Part shown: positions 1-9,936 of the stretch, piece by piece
How the letters are laid out: each line of letters opens with the position of its first letter
Position numbering within the stretch: the stretch's first letter is position 1
Origin: an uncultured Actinomycetes bacterium
GTDB taxonomy: Bacteria > Actinomycetota > Actinomycetes > Streptosporangiales > Streptosporangiaceae
Reading direction: 5' to 3'
NCBI GenBank assembly: GCA_963824545.1
Contig: CAWGPP010000013.1
Span: 38,924-102,923, forward strand
Length of the DNA stretch: 64,000 nt
Notes under the pieces: model-generated
Told to the model about the DNA's origin: nothing
Databases searched by the model: none
What the model saw: the letters and a program-made list of their open reading frames with translations, nothing else
Position numbers and translations under genes: made by a program

Positions 1-62
1 ATTTCCTGGGGTTTACCGTGCCGTGTACCGGCAGCGTCACGCGCCCAAAGTGAGGGGGGGAA

Positions 63-1403
63 TTGGGCAGGCTCTCGCGGGCCACGTGGCTTTACATCGG
101 CACAGTGGTGGCCGCCGCCGCGTTCGTAATCGCCCGCAGCCCGTATCAGGGCATCTCATGGAGCCGTCTCGCGGTCCTCGCGGTTCTCTTTCTCGTATGT
201 GAGTCCGTGCCGACGGCGATTACGCCGCGCCGTGTGGCCTGGTCTCCCGGCTACGCCGCCACTCTCGCCTCCGTCGTCCTGCTCGGCCCGACCGGCGCCG
301 CGCTGGTCGGCGTGGTCAGCGCGTTCTGCCTGCGCCGCGGGCCCACCCCGCCGCAGCGGCTCTTCAACGGCGCGATGTACGCGCTCAGCGCGTATGGTGC
401 CGGGCGCGTGTTCCTGCTGCTCGGCGGTACCGTCGGTATCCCGGCGGGGAATTCGTCCCCGCGGATCATCGGCGCGTTCGTGGGCGCGGCGGCGGCGCAC
501 ATCATCGCCAACTACGGGCTCGTGGCCGGCGTGCTGCGGCTGACCAGCGCTCCCGACCGTGCCCAGCGGGGTGGCCGTGTCCTGGATCTGCGGCTCCCGC
601 TGCCCGACCTCGGGTACGCCGTCTTCGGCCTGCTGATCGCCGCCCTGTGGAGCGTCGTCGGGCCGTTCGCCGCGATCCTGGTGCTGATCCCGCTGTTCGT
701 GGCGCGCTGGGCGATCACCCAGTTCGCCGACCAGCAGCGCGCCTATGAGGCCACGCTGCGCGTGCTCTGCCAGGCGGTGGAGACGAAGGACTTCTACACC
801 CGGGGTCACAGTGAGCGGGTCTCGAGGGGCTCGGTGATGATCGCCCGCGCCATCGGGATGCGGCCGGAACGCGTCGAGGCCATCAGGTACGCGGGCATGC
901 TGCATGACGTCGGCAAGCTGGGAGTGCCGACCAAGGTCCTGCAGAAGACCGGCAAGCTGACCGAAGAGGAGTATGCCGCCATCCAGCTGCACCCGATGCG
1001 CGGGCTCGAGATCATCCGGGAGATCGGCTTCCTGGATGAGGCACTCGCCGGGATCATGCACCACCACGAGCGGATCGACGGCCGCGGCTACCCGATGGGC
1101 CTGGCCGGCGACGAGATCCCGGAGTTCGCCCGCGTGCTGGCCGTGGCGGACGCCTTCGACTGCATGACGTCCACCCGGTCCTACCGGGGGGCGCGGTCGC
1201 TGGAGGAGGCCATCACCGAGCTGCGCCGGTGCTCGGGAACCCAGTTCGACCCCGCGTTCGTCGATGCCCTCGTCGCCGCGGTCGAGCGGGAGGGCTGGCA
1301 CACTCCCGAGGTACCGGTGCCGCCGCCGGGTGAGCCGGTCGGGGCGGCCGCCCATGACCACGACGATCCGGCCGCGCCGTTGCGCGTGATGGGGAGCCGC
1401 TGA
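63..1403 (+). CDS. membrane-anchored HD-GYP domain phosphodiesterase
   Basis: 446-aa ORF with hydrophobic N-terminal half. C-terminal HD domain carries HDVGKLGVP and HHHERIDGRGYP motifs. Confidence 0.85.
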   Translation: MGRLSRATWLYIGTVVAAAAFVIARSPYQGISWSRLAVLAVLFLVCESVPTAITPRRVAWSPGYAATLASVVLLGPTGAALVGVVSAFCLRRGPTPPQRLFNGAMYALSAYGAGRVFLLLGGTVGIPAGNSSPRIIGAFVGAAAAHIIANYGLVAGVLRLTSAPDRAQRGGRVLDLRLPLPDLGYAVFGLLIAALWSVVGPFAAILVLIPLFVARWAITQFADQQRAYEATLRVLCQAVETKDFYTRGHSERVSRGSVMIARAIGMRPERVEAIRYAGMLHDVGKLGVPTKVLQKTGKLTEEEYAAIQLHPMRGLEIIREIGFLDEALAGIMHHHERIDGRGYPMGLAGDEIPEFARVLAVADAFDCMTSTRSYRGARSLEEAITELRRCSGTQFDPAFVDALVAAVEREGWHTPEVPVPPPGEPVGAAAHDHDDPAAPLRVMGSR

Positions 1404-1417
1404 CGTGCGGGGCACTC

Positions 1418-2707
1418 GTGAGCGTTAGTCAGAGCCGGCTAGCGACCACGGGCCTGCGGGCCCGTTCGCGCCGGTCAGGTGAGGGTCACGGCCAGCGCTT
1501 GCTCGTCGTGGCCTCCGCGCTGCTGGTCGCGGCCTGTATTGCGCAGTCGCTGGTGACCGGGGTGGCGGCCACCCGCAGCGCGATCGCCTTCGCGGCCCTG
1601 ATCGCGCTGGGCGAACTGCTCCGTCTCAACCTCCCGGGCGACCGGGAAGCGGCGCCGATCGGGACGGCCTGCGCGCTCGCCTACGCCCTGCTGATCAGGG
1701 TGGGCTCGGTTCCGGCCCGGCACTCCGCATTCCAGGTCGTGGCGGTCACCGGGGTCGGCATGGCGCTCGGCGCGCTGCCGCATCTGGCCGTGGGCCGCCC
1801 GGCCCGCACCGCGGACATGGCGACGCGGCTGCTCGCGGTGTCGTGTGCCGCGTTCGTGTTCCGCCCGCTGGCCGCCAGGCCCAGCATCGTCCGGCACTGG
1901 TGGGTGGCGCTGGCGGTGATGGCGCTGCTGATCGCGCTGGCCTGGCTGGTGGACGTGGTCATCGCCGCGATCATCAGGACCGCCGCGTTGCGGGCCAGGT
2001 TCTGGGTCACGTTCACCGACGAGTTCCGCGTGCTGGCCCCGCTGGGCGTGGCCGTGGGTGCCTCCGCGATGCTGATCTCGTTCGCGGCTGAGGCCATGGG
2101 CCTGCTCGCGGTGGCGGTATTTATCGCGCCGCTGCTGGTCACGCAGGTCGCTTTCCGCCGGTACGCCGGCATCCGGGCGACCTACCTGCAGACGGTGCGC
2201 GCGCTGGCGCGGGTGACCGAGATCGGCGGCTACGTCGAGACCGGCCACGCGGACCGGGTCAGCCGGCTCGCCGTGGCGGTCGGCCGGGAACTGGGCGTAC
2301 CCGAGCCGCAGCTGCTGGAACTGCAGTACGCGGCGCTGATCCACGACATCGGGCAGCTGTCGCTGCAGGACCCGATCCCCGGCGGGGCCACCGTGCTGGT
2401 GTCGCCGGACGACCAGCGGCGGATCGCCGAACTGGGCGCCGAGGTCATCGAGCAGGCCGACATGCAGGACAGCGTGGCTGAGATCGTCCGCCTGCAGAGC
2501 GAACCGTGCCGGGGCGAGCCACCGCTGAGCAGCCGGATCATCCGGGCCGTGAACGCCTTCGACGACCTGGTGGGCAGCTCCGCCGACGCGGCACGGGCCA
2601 CGGCGGTCATCGACCGGCTCCGGCTGGACGCCGGCGCCGAATACGACCCGGAGGTCGTCGGTGCCCTCGGCCGTATCATCGCCCGGCGGTCGGTGCTGCC
2701 CGCCTGA
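1418..2707 (+). CDS. membrane-anchored HD-domain protein, degenerate HD-GYP paralog
   Basis: 429-aa ORF directly after the first HD-GYP gene, with multiple TM helices. GHADRVSRLAV and LIHDIGQLS motifs are present but no HHExxDGxGYP. Confidence 0.7.
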   Translation: MSVSQSRLATTGLRARSRRSGEGHGQRLLVVASALLVAACIAQSLVTGVAATRSAIAFAALIALGELLRLNLPGDREAAPIGTACALAYALLIRVGSVPARHSAFQVVAVTGVGMALGALPHLAVGRPARTADMATRLLAVSCAAFVFRPLAARPSIVRHWWVALAVMALLIALAWLVDVVIAAIIRTAALRARFWVTFTDEFRVLAPLGVAVGASAMLISFAAEAMGLLAVAVFIAPLLVTQVAFRRYAGIRATYLQTVRALARVTEIGGYVETGHADRVSRLAVAVGRELGVPEPQLLELQYAALIHDIGQLSLQDPIPGGATVLVSPDDQRRIAELGAEVIEQADMQDSVAEIVRLQSEPCRGEPPLSSRIIRAVNAFDDLVGSSADAARATAVIDRLRLDAGAEYDPEVVGALGRIIARRSVLPA

Positions 2708-2818
2708 CCGGCCCCCGCCGATGCTGCCCGGCCGACCGGATCCGGCGGGTCCTATGCTGCTCAGTGCCTGGCAGCACCGGGGCCGGCGGCGGCGCCCGGG
2801 CGGGGAAGGGAGCGAGCG

Positions 2819-3031
2819 GTGACGGAGGTCCGAGCGGAGATGGTCGCGAACGTCTGGAAAGTGGTCGCCGCCGAGGGCCAGCAGGTCGGCGCGGGTGACA
2901 CCCTGGTGATCCTGGAATCCATGAAGATGGAGATCCCGGTGCTCGCCGAGGACGCGGGTACCGTGTCGAAGCTGCACGTGGCCGAGGGCGACGTCATCCA
3001 GGAGGGGGACCTGATCGCCGTGCTCGACTGA
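2819..3031 (+). CDS. small biotin/lipoyl-attachment carrier protein (TB7.3-like)
   Basis: 70 aa with biotinyl-lysine motif LESMKMEIPV. GTG start follows a GGGAAGGGAG ribosome-binding site. Same neighbourhood as M. tuberculosis Rv3221c. Confidence 0.85.
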   Translation: MTEVRAEMVANVWKVVAAEGQQVGAGDTLVILESMKMEIPVLAEDAGTVSKLHVAEGDVIQEGDLIAVLD

Positions 3032-3043
3032 GCGCCCGGCGGG

Positions 3044-4702
3044 TCAGACCCCCGTGGTCGAGCGCGGGTAGGCGATCTCCGGATCGGTGATGACGTTGAC
3101 CAGGTACGGGGCGCCCGCGGCCAGGGCCCGCCGCAGCGCCGGGCCGACCTGGCCCGGCTCGGTGACCAGTTCGCCCGCGCCACCGAGGGCTCGCACCACC
3201 TCGTCGTAACGGCAGGCTGGCTGGAGTCCGGCGGCGACGTCATACCCGTACAGTGCGCGCATCGGGTGCTTCTCCAGTCCCCAGCCGCCGTTGTTGCCGC
3301 AGATCATGACGACCGGGAGGCCATGCCGGACCAGCGTGTCGGCGTCCATCAGCGAGAAACCGGCCGCCCCGTCCCCGAGCAGCAGCACCACCTGGGCCGA
3401 CGGCCAGGCCAGCCGGGCCGCGATCGCGTAGCCGAGGCCGGTGCCCAGGCAGCCGAACGGACCCGGGTCGAGCCAGTGCCCCGGGCGGGCCGGTTCCACG
3501 TATTTGCCGGCGAACGAAACGAAGTCCCCGCCGTCGCCGATCACCACGGCGTCATCGGCGAGCAGCCGGGTCAGCTCACCATAGATCCGCATCGGGTGGA
3601 TCGGCCGCGCACCGCTGGCCAGCAGCCCGGCGTCCGCGGCGATCGCGGCCCGCGCCGTCTCCTGCAGCCGGCCCAGCCAGGCCGGCTGGGCTGGGGACGC
3701 GCCGGGCTCGGCGGCCAGCCCGGTGAAGAACGCGCTGAGATCGCCGGCCGCCGACCCGGCCAGTGGGCGGTGCGCCGCCAGCTGGCCGGGGGAATCGGCC
3801 ACGTGCACGACCCGGGCGGCCCCGTCGCCGTGGCCGAACTGCCCGTAGCCAAGCCGGAAGTCCAGCGGTGCGCCGGCCACCAGCACCAGGTCCGCCTCCC
3901 GGAACGCTATCGAGCGGGCCCGGGTGACCAGCAGCGGATGGCCCGGCGGGATGATGCCGCGGCCCTGGCCGTTGGCGATGACCGGGATCTGCAGCTGCTC
4001 GGCGGCCCGGCGGGCCGCGGATTCCGCGCCGTCCATCCAGACGTCCGAGCCGAGCACCAGGACCGGCCGCTCGGCCACGGCCAGCAGCCCGGCGATCTGG
4101 CTGATCGCCGCCGGGTCCGGCCCGGGCCGCGGCGCCGCGGCCGCGGCAGGCAGCTCGGTCTCGGCCTTGCCGTACAGCGCCTCGAGAGAGACGTCCAGGA
4201 ACACCGGCCCGCGGTGCGGTGCGGCCGCCAGCCGGAATGCCTCGTCCACCGAGGCCGCCACGTGCGCCGTCGTGTGCTCGGTCCAGGCCCGCTTGGTGAC
4301 CGGGGCCAGCAGCGGCGGATGGTCGATCTCCTGCAGGCTGCCCGCGCCCCAGCGGTAGTCGGGGGCCCGGCCGCCCAGCACGACGACCGGCGCGCCGTTG
4401 AAGTGCGCCGTCACGACCGCGCTGAGGCTGTTGGTCACGCCGGGGCCTGCCGTCACCACCGCCAGGCCCGGGGCCCGGGTCAGCCGGGCCGTCGCTTCCG
4501 CGGCGAACACCGCCGTCTGCTCGTGCCGGACGTCGATCAGCCGGAGTGGGGGATCCGCGTGCACGGCGGCGTCGTACAGCGGGAAAACGTGCCCGCCGGA
4601 CAGCGTGAACATGGCCGTGACGCCGTGCCGCCGTGCCGCCTCGACCGCCAGCGTCCCCCCGTGCCCGGCCAGGACCCGGGGGGACGGTGCGTCATCGCTC
4701 AC
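3044..4702 (-). CDS. thiamine-diphosphate-dependent enzyme (acetolactate synthase large-subunit-like)
   Basis: 552 aa with ThDP-binding motif LLLGDGAAGFSLMDADTLVRHGLPVVMICGNNGGWG. Confidence 0.85.
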   Translation of the reverse strand: MSDDAPSPRVLAGHGGTLAVEAARRHGVTAMFTLSGGHVFPLYDAAVHADPPLRLIDVRHEQTAVFAAEATARLTRAPGLAVVTAGPGVTNSLSAVVTAHFNGAPVVVLGGRAPDYRWGAGSLQEIDHPPLLAPVTKRAWTEHTTAHVAASVDEAFRLAAAPHRGPVFLDVSLEALYGKAETELPAAAAAPRPGPDPAAISQIAGLLAVAERPVLVLGSDVWMDGAESAARRAAEQLQIPVIANGQGRGIIPPGHPLLVTRARSIAFREADLVLVAGAPLDFRLGYGQFGHGDGAARVVHVADSPGQLAAHRPLAGSAAGDLSAFFTGLAAEPGASPAQPAWLGRLQETARAAIAADAGLLASGARPIHPMRIYGELTRLLADDAVVIGDGGDFVSFAGKYVEPARPGHWLDPGPFGCLGTGLGYAIAARLAWPSAQVVLLLGDGAAGFSLMDADTLVRHGLPVVMICGNNGGWGLEKHPMRALYGYDVAAGLQPACRYDEVVRALGGAGELVTEPGQVGPALRRALAAGAPYLVNVITDPEIAYPRSTTGV

Positions 4703-4812
4703 GCGGCGATGTTACCAGTGAGTTAACCGACGGGGGGAGAGCCGGGGCGTGCTCCCGACGCGGACGCGGCGGCGGGGACCGGCACCGGGCCGCTGCGGGC
4801 TGGCCCGGGGCG

Positions 4813-5511
4813 CTAGCCGGCGTCCGGTACGAACATCCCGCCGAGGGCGGGGGCCAGGCTGCGCCGGGCGGCGCCGAGGAAGGCGCCGCCGCGCAGCCGC
4901 CCGGATCCCTCCGGCAGCCTCCCGGCCAGCGGCTGGCCCGCCACGGTGGCCAGATCGCTCAGATTCGACCGCTCAGCCAGGCCCGGCTCGGCGGGCCAGC
5001 GGCCGATGATCACGCCCGCGCGGCTGAGTTTGCGCGCGGCCAGCGCCTCCAGCGTCAGGGCCGTGTGGTTGAGCGTGCCCAGGCCGGCCGCGGCCACGAT
5101 GAGCACCGGCGCGTCCAGCATGGCGGCCAGGTCCGCGACGGTCGATCCGGCCGGATCGTACCGGACCAGCAGCCCTCCGGCTCCCTCCACGATGACCAGA
5201 TCCCGGTCCTCGGCCAGCGCCGCGATGTAGCTCGCCGCCGCCCGCAGGTCCAGCGGAGGACGTCGCGCGGACCGCGCGGCCGCCTCGGGCGACAGCGGAT
5301 CCGGGTAGCGGGCAAGCTCGTGCAGGTCGGTCAGGCCGGTGCACGCGGCGACCGCGGCGAGATCGCCCGGCGCCCCCGGCGGCTCGCCGGTCTGGGCCGG
5401 CTTGACCACGGCGACACTTTCGGCGCGGGAGCACGCGAGTGCCGCGATGGCAGCCGTCGTGATGGTCTTGCCGACGTCCGTCCCCGTTCCGCTGACCACG
5501 AGCAGCCTCAC
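4813..5511 (-). CDS. bioD: dethiobiotin synthetase
   Basis: P-loop [14 protein letters not shown] start at 5511 overlaps the upstream gene's stop by 4 nt (GTGA). The ORF-track start at 5577 is probably too long. Confidence 0.85.
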   Translation of the reverse strand: MRLLVVSGTGTDVGKTITTAAIAALACSRAESVAVVKPAQTGEPPGAPGDLAAVAACTGLTDLHELARYPDPLSPEAAARSARRPPLDLRAAASYIAALAEDRDLVIVEGAGGLLVRYDPAGSTVADLAAMLDAPVLIVAAAGLGTLNHTALTLEALAARKLSRAGVIIGRWPAEPGLAERSNLSDLATVAGQPLAGRLPEGSGRLRGGAFLGAARRSLAPALGGMFVPDAG

Positions 5512-6371
5512 CGGGGTAACCGCCGCAGCCGGGTAACGAACTTGTACCGGTCGCCGCGGTACCAGGACTGGGCCCACTCGACCGGCTCTCCGGTCACGTC
5601 CACCGCGTGCCGGGACAGCAGCAGCAGCGGCATGCCGGCGTCGACGCCCAGCAGGTCGGCGGTGTGCGGATCGGCCAGCACGGTCTCGATCGTTTCCTCG
5701 GCCTCGGTCAGCCGGACGCCGTAGGCGGAGCCGAGGGCCTCGTACAGCGAGCTGTGCCGGTTGAGCTGCTTGCGCAGGCCAGGGAAGCGGCGGGCGGGCA
5801 GGTGGGAGGTGTCTACCGACATCGGCTCGCCGTCGGCCAGCCGCAGCCGGTGGATGCGCAGCGCCCGGCCGCCGGGCCGGATGCCCAGCAGCAGGGCCAG
5901 GTCCTCGTCGGCGGCGATGTAGCCGATCTCCAGGATTCTCGTCTGCGGGTGCAGGCCGTGTGCCCGCATCCCTTCGGTGTAACTGGCCAGCTCCAGCGAC
6001 TGCGCCACCTTGGGCTTGGCCACGAACGTGCCCTTGCCCTGCTGGCGCACCAGGCGCCCCTCGACCACCAGCTCCGCCAGGGCCTGCCGGACCGTGGTGC
6101 GTGACGTACCGTAATCGCGGGCGAGCTCGCGTTCCGGCGGGACGGGGCTGCCCGGAATCATCGTTTCGATGAGCTCGAGCAGCTGGCGCTTGACCGTGTA
6201 GTACTTGGGCAGCCGGGGCAGCGGGCTCGGCAGCGCAACGCCGGGCGCGCTTTCCCTGACCGGGGCCGTGGCGGGGACCGTGGCTTGATGGCCGGGCCCG
6301 CCGGCTTTCTCCGGCGGGACCGAAGACATCGGGACGGGGGAGACGGTCATGGCCACTTCCTTCCCGCTCAT
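5508..6371 (-). CDS. GntR family transcriptional regulator, HutC/UTRA subfamily
   Basis: Winged-helix motif [38 protein letters not shown] plus a UTRA-like C-terminal domain. ATGA overlap with the bioF stop and GTGA overlap with the bioD start. Confidence 0.85.
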   Translation of the reverse strand: MSGKEVAMTVSPVPMSSVPPEKAGGPGHQATVPATAPVRESAPGVALPSPLPRLPKYYTVKRQLLELIETMIPGSPVPPERELARDYGTSRTTVRQALAELVVEGRLVRQQGKGTFVAKPKVAQSLELASYTEGMRAHGLHPQTRILEIGYIAADEDLALLLGIRPGGRALRIHRLRLADGEPMSVDTSHLPARRFPGLRKQLNRHSSLYEALGSAYGVRLTEAEETIETVLADPHTADLLGVDAGMPLLLLSRHAVDVTGEPVEWAQSWYRGDRYKFVTRLRRLPR

Positions 6372-7531
6372 GCGGTTATCCGGACATGATCTCTCACCGC
6401 ACCCAGTGCGCGGAATGCCGAAGTGAGGTCAACTTCTGTGAGGTTGGCCCGGGCCGTCAGGCGCAGGCACGCGTGGCCGGAGGGAACCGAGGGTGGCCGG
6501 AAGCACCCCGCGCGGACGCCGAGGCGAGCGCAGATCCGCTGGGCCTCCAGGGCGGCGCCTGGTTCGCCGAGCGTGATCCGGACGACGGCGGCGGCCGGCG
6601 CCGTAACCTTAAAGCCCAGCTCCGCGGCCATAGCTGCGAGGCGCCGCGCGTTGGCCTGGGCCTGCCGGCCGAGGCCCGGCTCGCCGCGGACGATGGCCAG
6701 CGCGGCGCGGGCGGCCGCCACACTCGGCGGCGCCAGGCCCGTGTCGAAGATGAATGCCCGGCCCACGTCGACGAGCGTGCCGATGATCCCGGCCGCGCCG
6801 GTGACCGCGCCGCCCTGGCCGGCCAGTGACTTGGACAGGGTGAGCGTCCTGACCACGTGCGGATCACCCGCAATACCGGCCGCGGCGGCCACGCCGCGGC
6901 CGCCCGGGCCGAGCACGCCGAACGCGTGGGCCTCGTCCAGGACGAGCAGCGCCCCGTGCGCGCGGGCGGCCCGGTGCAGGTCGGCGACGGGGGCCTGGTT
7001 CCCGGAGACGGAGAACACCGTGTCGCTCACCACGATGGCCGCGGGCTCGGCGCGGCAGGCGAGAGCCTGCCCGACCGCACGGGGGTCGGCGTGCGGGGTG
7101 ACCACGACGCGGGCACGGGCCAGCCGGCAGGCGTCGATCAGCGAGGCGTGGTTCGCGGCGTCGGAAACGATGAGGACGCCCGGGCCGGCGCGGTCGGCAC
7201 CGAGGGCCTGCGCGAGGGCCGTGATGACCGCGAGGTTGGCCAGGTACCCCGAGGAGAAGACGAGCGCGGCGGCCGCCCCGCAGAACGCGGCCAGATCGTC
7301 TTCCAGCCCGGTGTGCAGTTCCGTTGTCCCGGTGACCAGGCGTGATCCGGTGGAACCGGTGCCCCACCGGCGCGCCGCGGCGGCCGCCGCCTCGGCCAGC
7401 CGCTCATCACCCGATAGCCCCAGGTAGTCGTTGGACGCTAGGTCGACGCTCCCGTCCGGGCCAGGTGCACGAGCGTGCAGGCGCCGGCCCAGGCCGCCGG
7501 CCTGGCGTGCCTGCGCGGCCTGCTCCAGCAT
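6368..7531 (-). CDS. bioF: 8-amino-7-oxononanoate synthase
   Basis: LASNDYLGL motif and PLP-lysine motif [11 protein letters not shown]. Start is ambiguous (ATG at 7531, 7600 or 7693); 7531 gives the typical ~387 aa. Confidence 0.85.
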   Translation of the reverse strand: MLEQAAQARQAGGLGRRLHARAPGPDGSVDLASNDYLGLSGDERLAEAAAAAARRWGTGSTGSRLVTGTTELHTGLEDDLAAFCGAAAALVFSSGYLANLAVITALAQALGADRAGPGVLIVSDAANHASLIDACRLARARVVVTPHADPRAVGQALACRAEPAAIVVSDTVFSVSGNQAPVADLHRAARAHGALLVLDEAHAFGVLGPGGRGVAAAAGIAGDPHVVRTLTLSKSLAGQGGAVTGAAGIIGTLVDVGRAFIFDTGLAPPSVAAARAALAIVRGEPGLGRQAQANARRLAAMAAELGFKVTAPAAAVVRITLGEPGAALEAQRICARLGVRAGCFRPPSVPSGHACLRLTARANLTEVDLTSAFRALGAVRDHVRITA

Positions 7532-7731
7532 CGCCAGCGGATCCGGCCGGGCCTGCCGCCGGGGTGGCTGTGCTGCTGGTTGCAGCGGGTGCGGCTTCAT
7601 GGGTCCTGATAGGTTTCCCCAGCGTGCGGCCGCCGTCAAGGGGGGAAGGGCCCGGGATCCCCGCGCCCAGCGGGGGAACGGGAACCCGTGCACGGCGGCA
7701 ATCAGGGCCCGGCGGGTGCGATGATGGACGG

Positions 7732-9252
7732 GTGCCCACGCTCACCGACCTGGCTAGCCGCCATACCAACCTGACCAGCGCAGACCTGGAGTGCCTGCAC
7801 GCGCTGGTGTCGGATTGGCAGCTCCTGGCCGACTTGTCGTTCGCCGATCTGATCCTATGGGCACCGGTCCGTGACGGTAGTGGCTGGGTGGCGCTGGCCC
7901 AGATGCGCCCGACCACCGGGCCCACCTCGTTCCAGGACGACGTGGTCGGGACGCTGGCCCAGCCGGGGGCCAGGATGCTGCTGGAGACGGCGCGGGACGA
8001 GCGCAGGATCTGGCGGGAGAGTGACCCGGACTGGACCACGGGCGTGCCCGTGCGTGCCGAGACCATCCCGGTGACCCGGGCAGGCCGGGTGATCGCCGTG
8101 ATCGAGCGGAACACCAACCTCAACTCCGCGCGCACGCCGAGCCGCCTGGAACTGACGTACCTGCAGGGTGCCGACGACCTGGCCCGGATGGTGGCCGAGG
8201 GGACGTTCCCGTTCGGCAGTGAGCTGGCCACGCTGGCCCGTTCGCCGCGCGTCGGTGACGGCCTGCTCCGCCTCGGCCGCGCCGGGCGCGTCACGTACGC
8301 GAGCCCCAACGCGCTGTCCGCGTTCCGCCGGCTCGGGCTGGCCACCGACCTGGTGGGCGCGGAGCTGGGGTCGCTGACCGCGAAGCTGTGCGCCTCCTGC
8401 GGCGGCCCGCTGGACGAGTCGCTGATGCTGGTGGCGTACGGCCGGGTCCCGCGCGATGCGGAGATGGAGGGCAACGGGTCGATCGTCCAGCTGCGCTCGA
8501 TCCCGCTCATCGTGGGCGGCAGCCGGACCGGGGCCCTGATCCTGGTGCGCGACGTGACCGAGCTGCGCCGCCGCGAACGTGAGCTGATGACCAAGGACGC
8601 AACGATCCGGGAGATCCATCACCGCGTCAAGAACAACCTGCAGACGGTGGCCGCGCTGCTCCGCCTGCAGGCCCGCAGGCTGCGCGGCCCGGAGGCGCGG
8701 GCGGCCCTCGAGGACGCGGTGCGCCGCGTCGGCTCGATCGCGATCGTGCACGAGACGCTCTCGCACGCGCCCGACGAGATCGTCGCCTTCGACGAGGTCG
8801 CGGACCGCGTCGTGATGATGGCCTCCGAGGTCGCCGGAACCGAGATCCGGGTCACACCCAAGCTGACCGGCACGTTCGGCCTGCTGCCGGCGTACATCGC
8901 GATGCCGCTCGCGCTGGTGCTGACCGAACTGCTGCAGAACGCGCTGCAGCATGGCTTCGCCTACCCCGAGCCGGTGGCCGGGGAGACGCAGCGGTCGACC
9001 GGCAGTGTGGAGGTCAGCGCCGTCCGCGGGACGGACCGGCTGACGGTCGTGGTCGTCGACGACGGGGTCGGGCTGCCGGAGGATTTCGATCCGGAGTCAT
9101 CCAGCTCGCTGGGGCTGCAGATCGTCCGGACGCTGGTGGTCGGCGAGCTGGGCGGCAAGCTGGAGATCACGCCCCGGGCGGAGGGCGGCACACAGGCACT
9201 CGTCGACCTGCCGGTAGCGGAGGACGACCGACCCGGCCCCGTCAGCGATTAG
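7732..9252 (+). CDS. pdtaS: soluble GAF/PAS sensor histidine kinase PdtaS-like
   Basis: H-box EIHHRVKNNLQTVAALLRLQ (HisKA_2 type) with a C-terminal HATPase. GTG at 7732 gives 506 aa. The longer ORF-track start overlaps bioF antisense. Lies next to whiB1 as in M. tuberculosis. Confidence 0.85.
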   Translation: MPTLTDLASRHTNLTSADLECLHALVSDWQLLADLSFADLILWAPVRDGSGWVALAQMRPTTGPTSFQDDVVGTLAQPGARMLLETARDERRIWRESDPDWTTGVPVRAETIPVTRAGRVIAVIERNTNLNSARTPSRLELTYLQGADDLARMVAEGTFPFGSELATLARSPRVGDGLLRLGRAGRVTYASPNALSAFRRLGLATDLVGAELGSLTAKLCASCGGPLDESLMLVAYGRVPRDAEMEGNGSIVQLRSIPLIVGGSRTGALILVRDVTELRRRERELMTKDATIREIHHRVKNNLQTVAALLRLQARRLRGPEARAALEDAVRRVGSIAIVHETLSHAPDEIVAFDEVADRVVMMASEVAGTEIRVTPKLTGTFGLLPAYIAMPLALVLTELLQNALQHGFAYPEPVAGETQRSTGSVEVSAVRGTDRLTVVVVDDGVGLPEDFDPESSSSLGLQIVRTLVVGELGGKLEITPRAEGGTQALVDLPVAEDDRPGPVSD

Positions 9253-9293
9253 CCGATGCGCCGGAGGCGACGCGCTGGGAGACGGTGCGGACG

Positions 9294-9563
9294 TCAGCCG
9301 GATACGGTCTGCGCGTGCGCCCGGGCCCGGAGCCGTAGCGTGCGCCGCTTCAGGGCCCGCCGTTCGTCCTCGCTCATTCCGCCCCACACGCCGGCGTCCT
9401 GGCCAGAGTCGATGGCCCAGTGCAGGCACGAGTCCATCACCGGACAACGATGACAAACACGCTTCGCTTCGTCGATCTGGAGAAGCGCAGGACCAGTGTT
9501 CCCGATGGGGAAGAACAGCTCAGGATCCACGTCACGGCAGGCGGCGTTATGGCGCCAGTCCAT
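9294..9563 (-). CDS. whiB1: WhiB-family Fe-S transcription factor, WhiB1/WblE ortholog
   Basis: MDWRHNAACRDVDPELFFP...CHRCPVMDSC...GVWGGMSEDERRALKRR, with four Cys and the GVWGG turn. Start taken at the internal ATG 9563 (89 aa). Confidence 0.9.
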   Translation of the reverse strand: MDWRHNAACRDVDPELFFPIGNTGPALLQIDEAKRVCHRCPVMDSCLHWAIDSGQDAGVWGGMSEDERRALKRRTLRLRARAHAQTVSG

Positions 9564-9635
9564 GAGGTCACTCCTTCGGGGCGCGACGGCCGCACGTCGG
9601 CTGCTTTGGCTCCCGTGCGTCCGGCTATCAAGGCT

Positions 9636-9651
9636 TGTGAATGATTTCACG
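9636..9651. promoter_or_regulatory. CRP/FNR-type binding site candidate (TGTGA-N6-TCACG)
   Basis: tgtgaatgatttcacg, 73 bp upstream of the whiB1 start codon. Confidence 0.5.
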
Positions 9652-9869
9652 AGCTATGCAACGTATCGATTTCAATTCTTTCCCATATAAAGCTGTGCCC
9701 GCTGGCGAGCTGCCCGGAGCTGCGTCTTAGCCCAGGCACACTTGGGAAATCCGGGAACGTGCCTGGTGCCGGTAACACCTGGCAGGGCTCCCGCCCGGCA
9801 TGGTTTAAAGCTTCTCAAGCGTGCCGCCGGGAACGCAAGAGGCCACAACAGTGATCTTCGGCAATTCAA

Positions 9870-9885
9870 TGTGACCTGAATCACA
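9870..9885. promoter_or_regulatory. CRP/FNR-type binding site candidate (perfect TGTGA-N6-TCACA)
   Basis: tgtgacctgaatcaca in the AT-rich whiB1 upstream intergenic region. Confidence 0.5.
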
Positions 9886-9936
9886 ATTAATGCCCGAACA
9901 GGTAGTTTGCAGCATGCAATATCCCGGGCGGCGGAC

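Noticed and set aside
156-1415. Long antisense or out-of-frame ORFs throughout the core region. Examples: 156..1415 (-), 1475..2977 (-), 3266..4726 (+), 7855..8952 (-), 16096..18195 (-), 27636..29069 (+), 38100..39254 (-), 44807..46267 (-).
   Set aside because: They overlap genes with clear family motifs. Their translations are Arg/Gly/Pro/Ala-rich with no recognisable domains, which is typical of stop-codon-poor alternative frames in high-G+C DNA.
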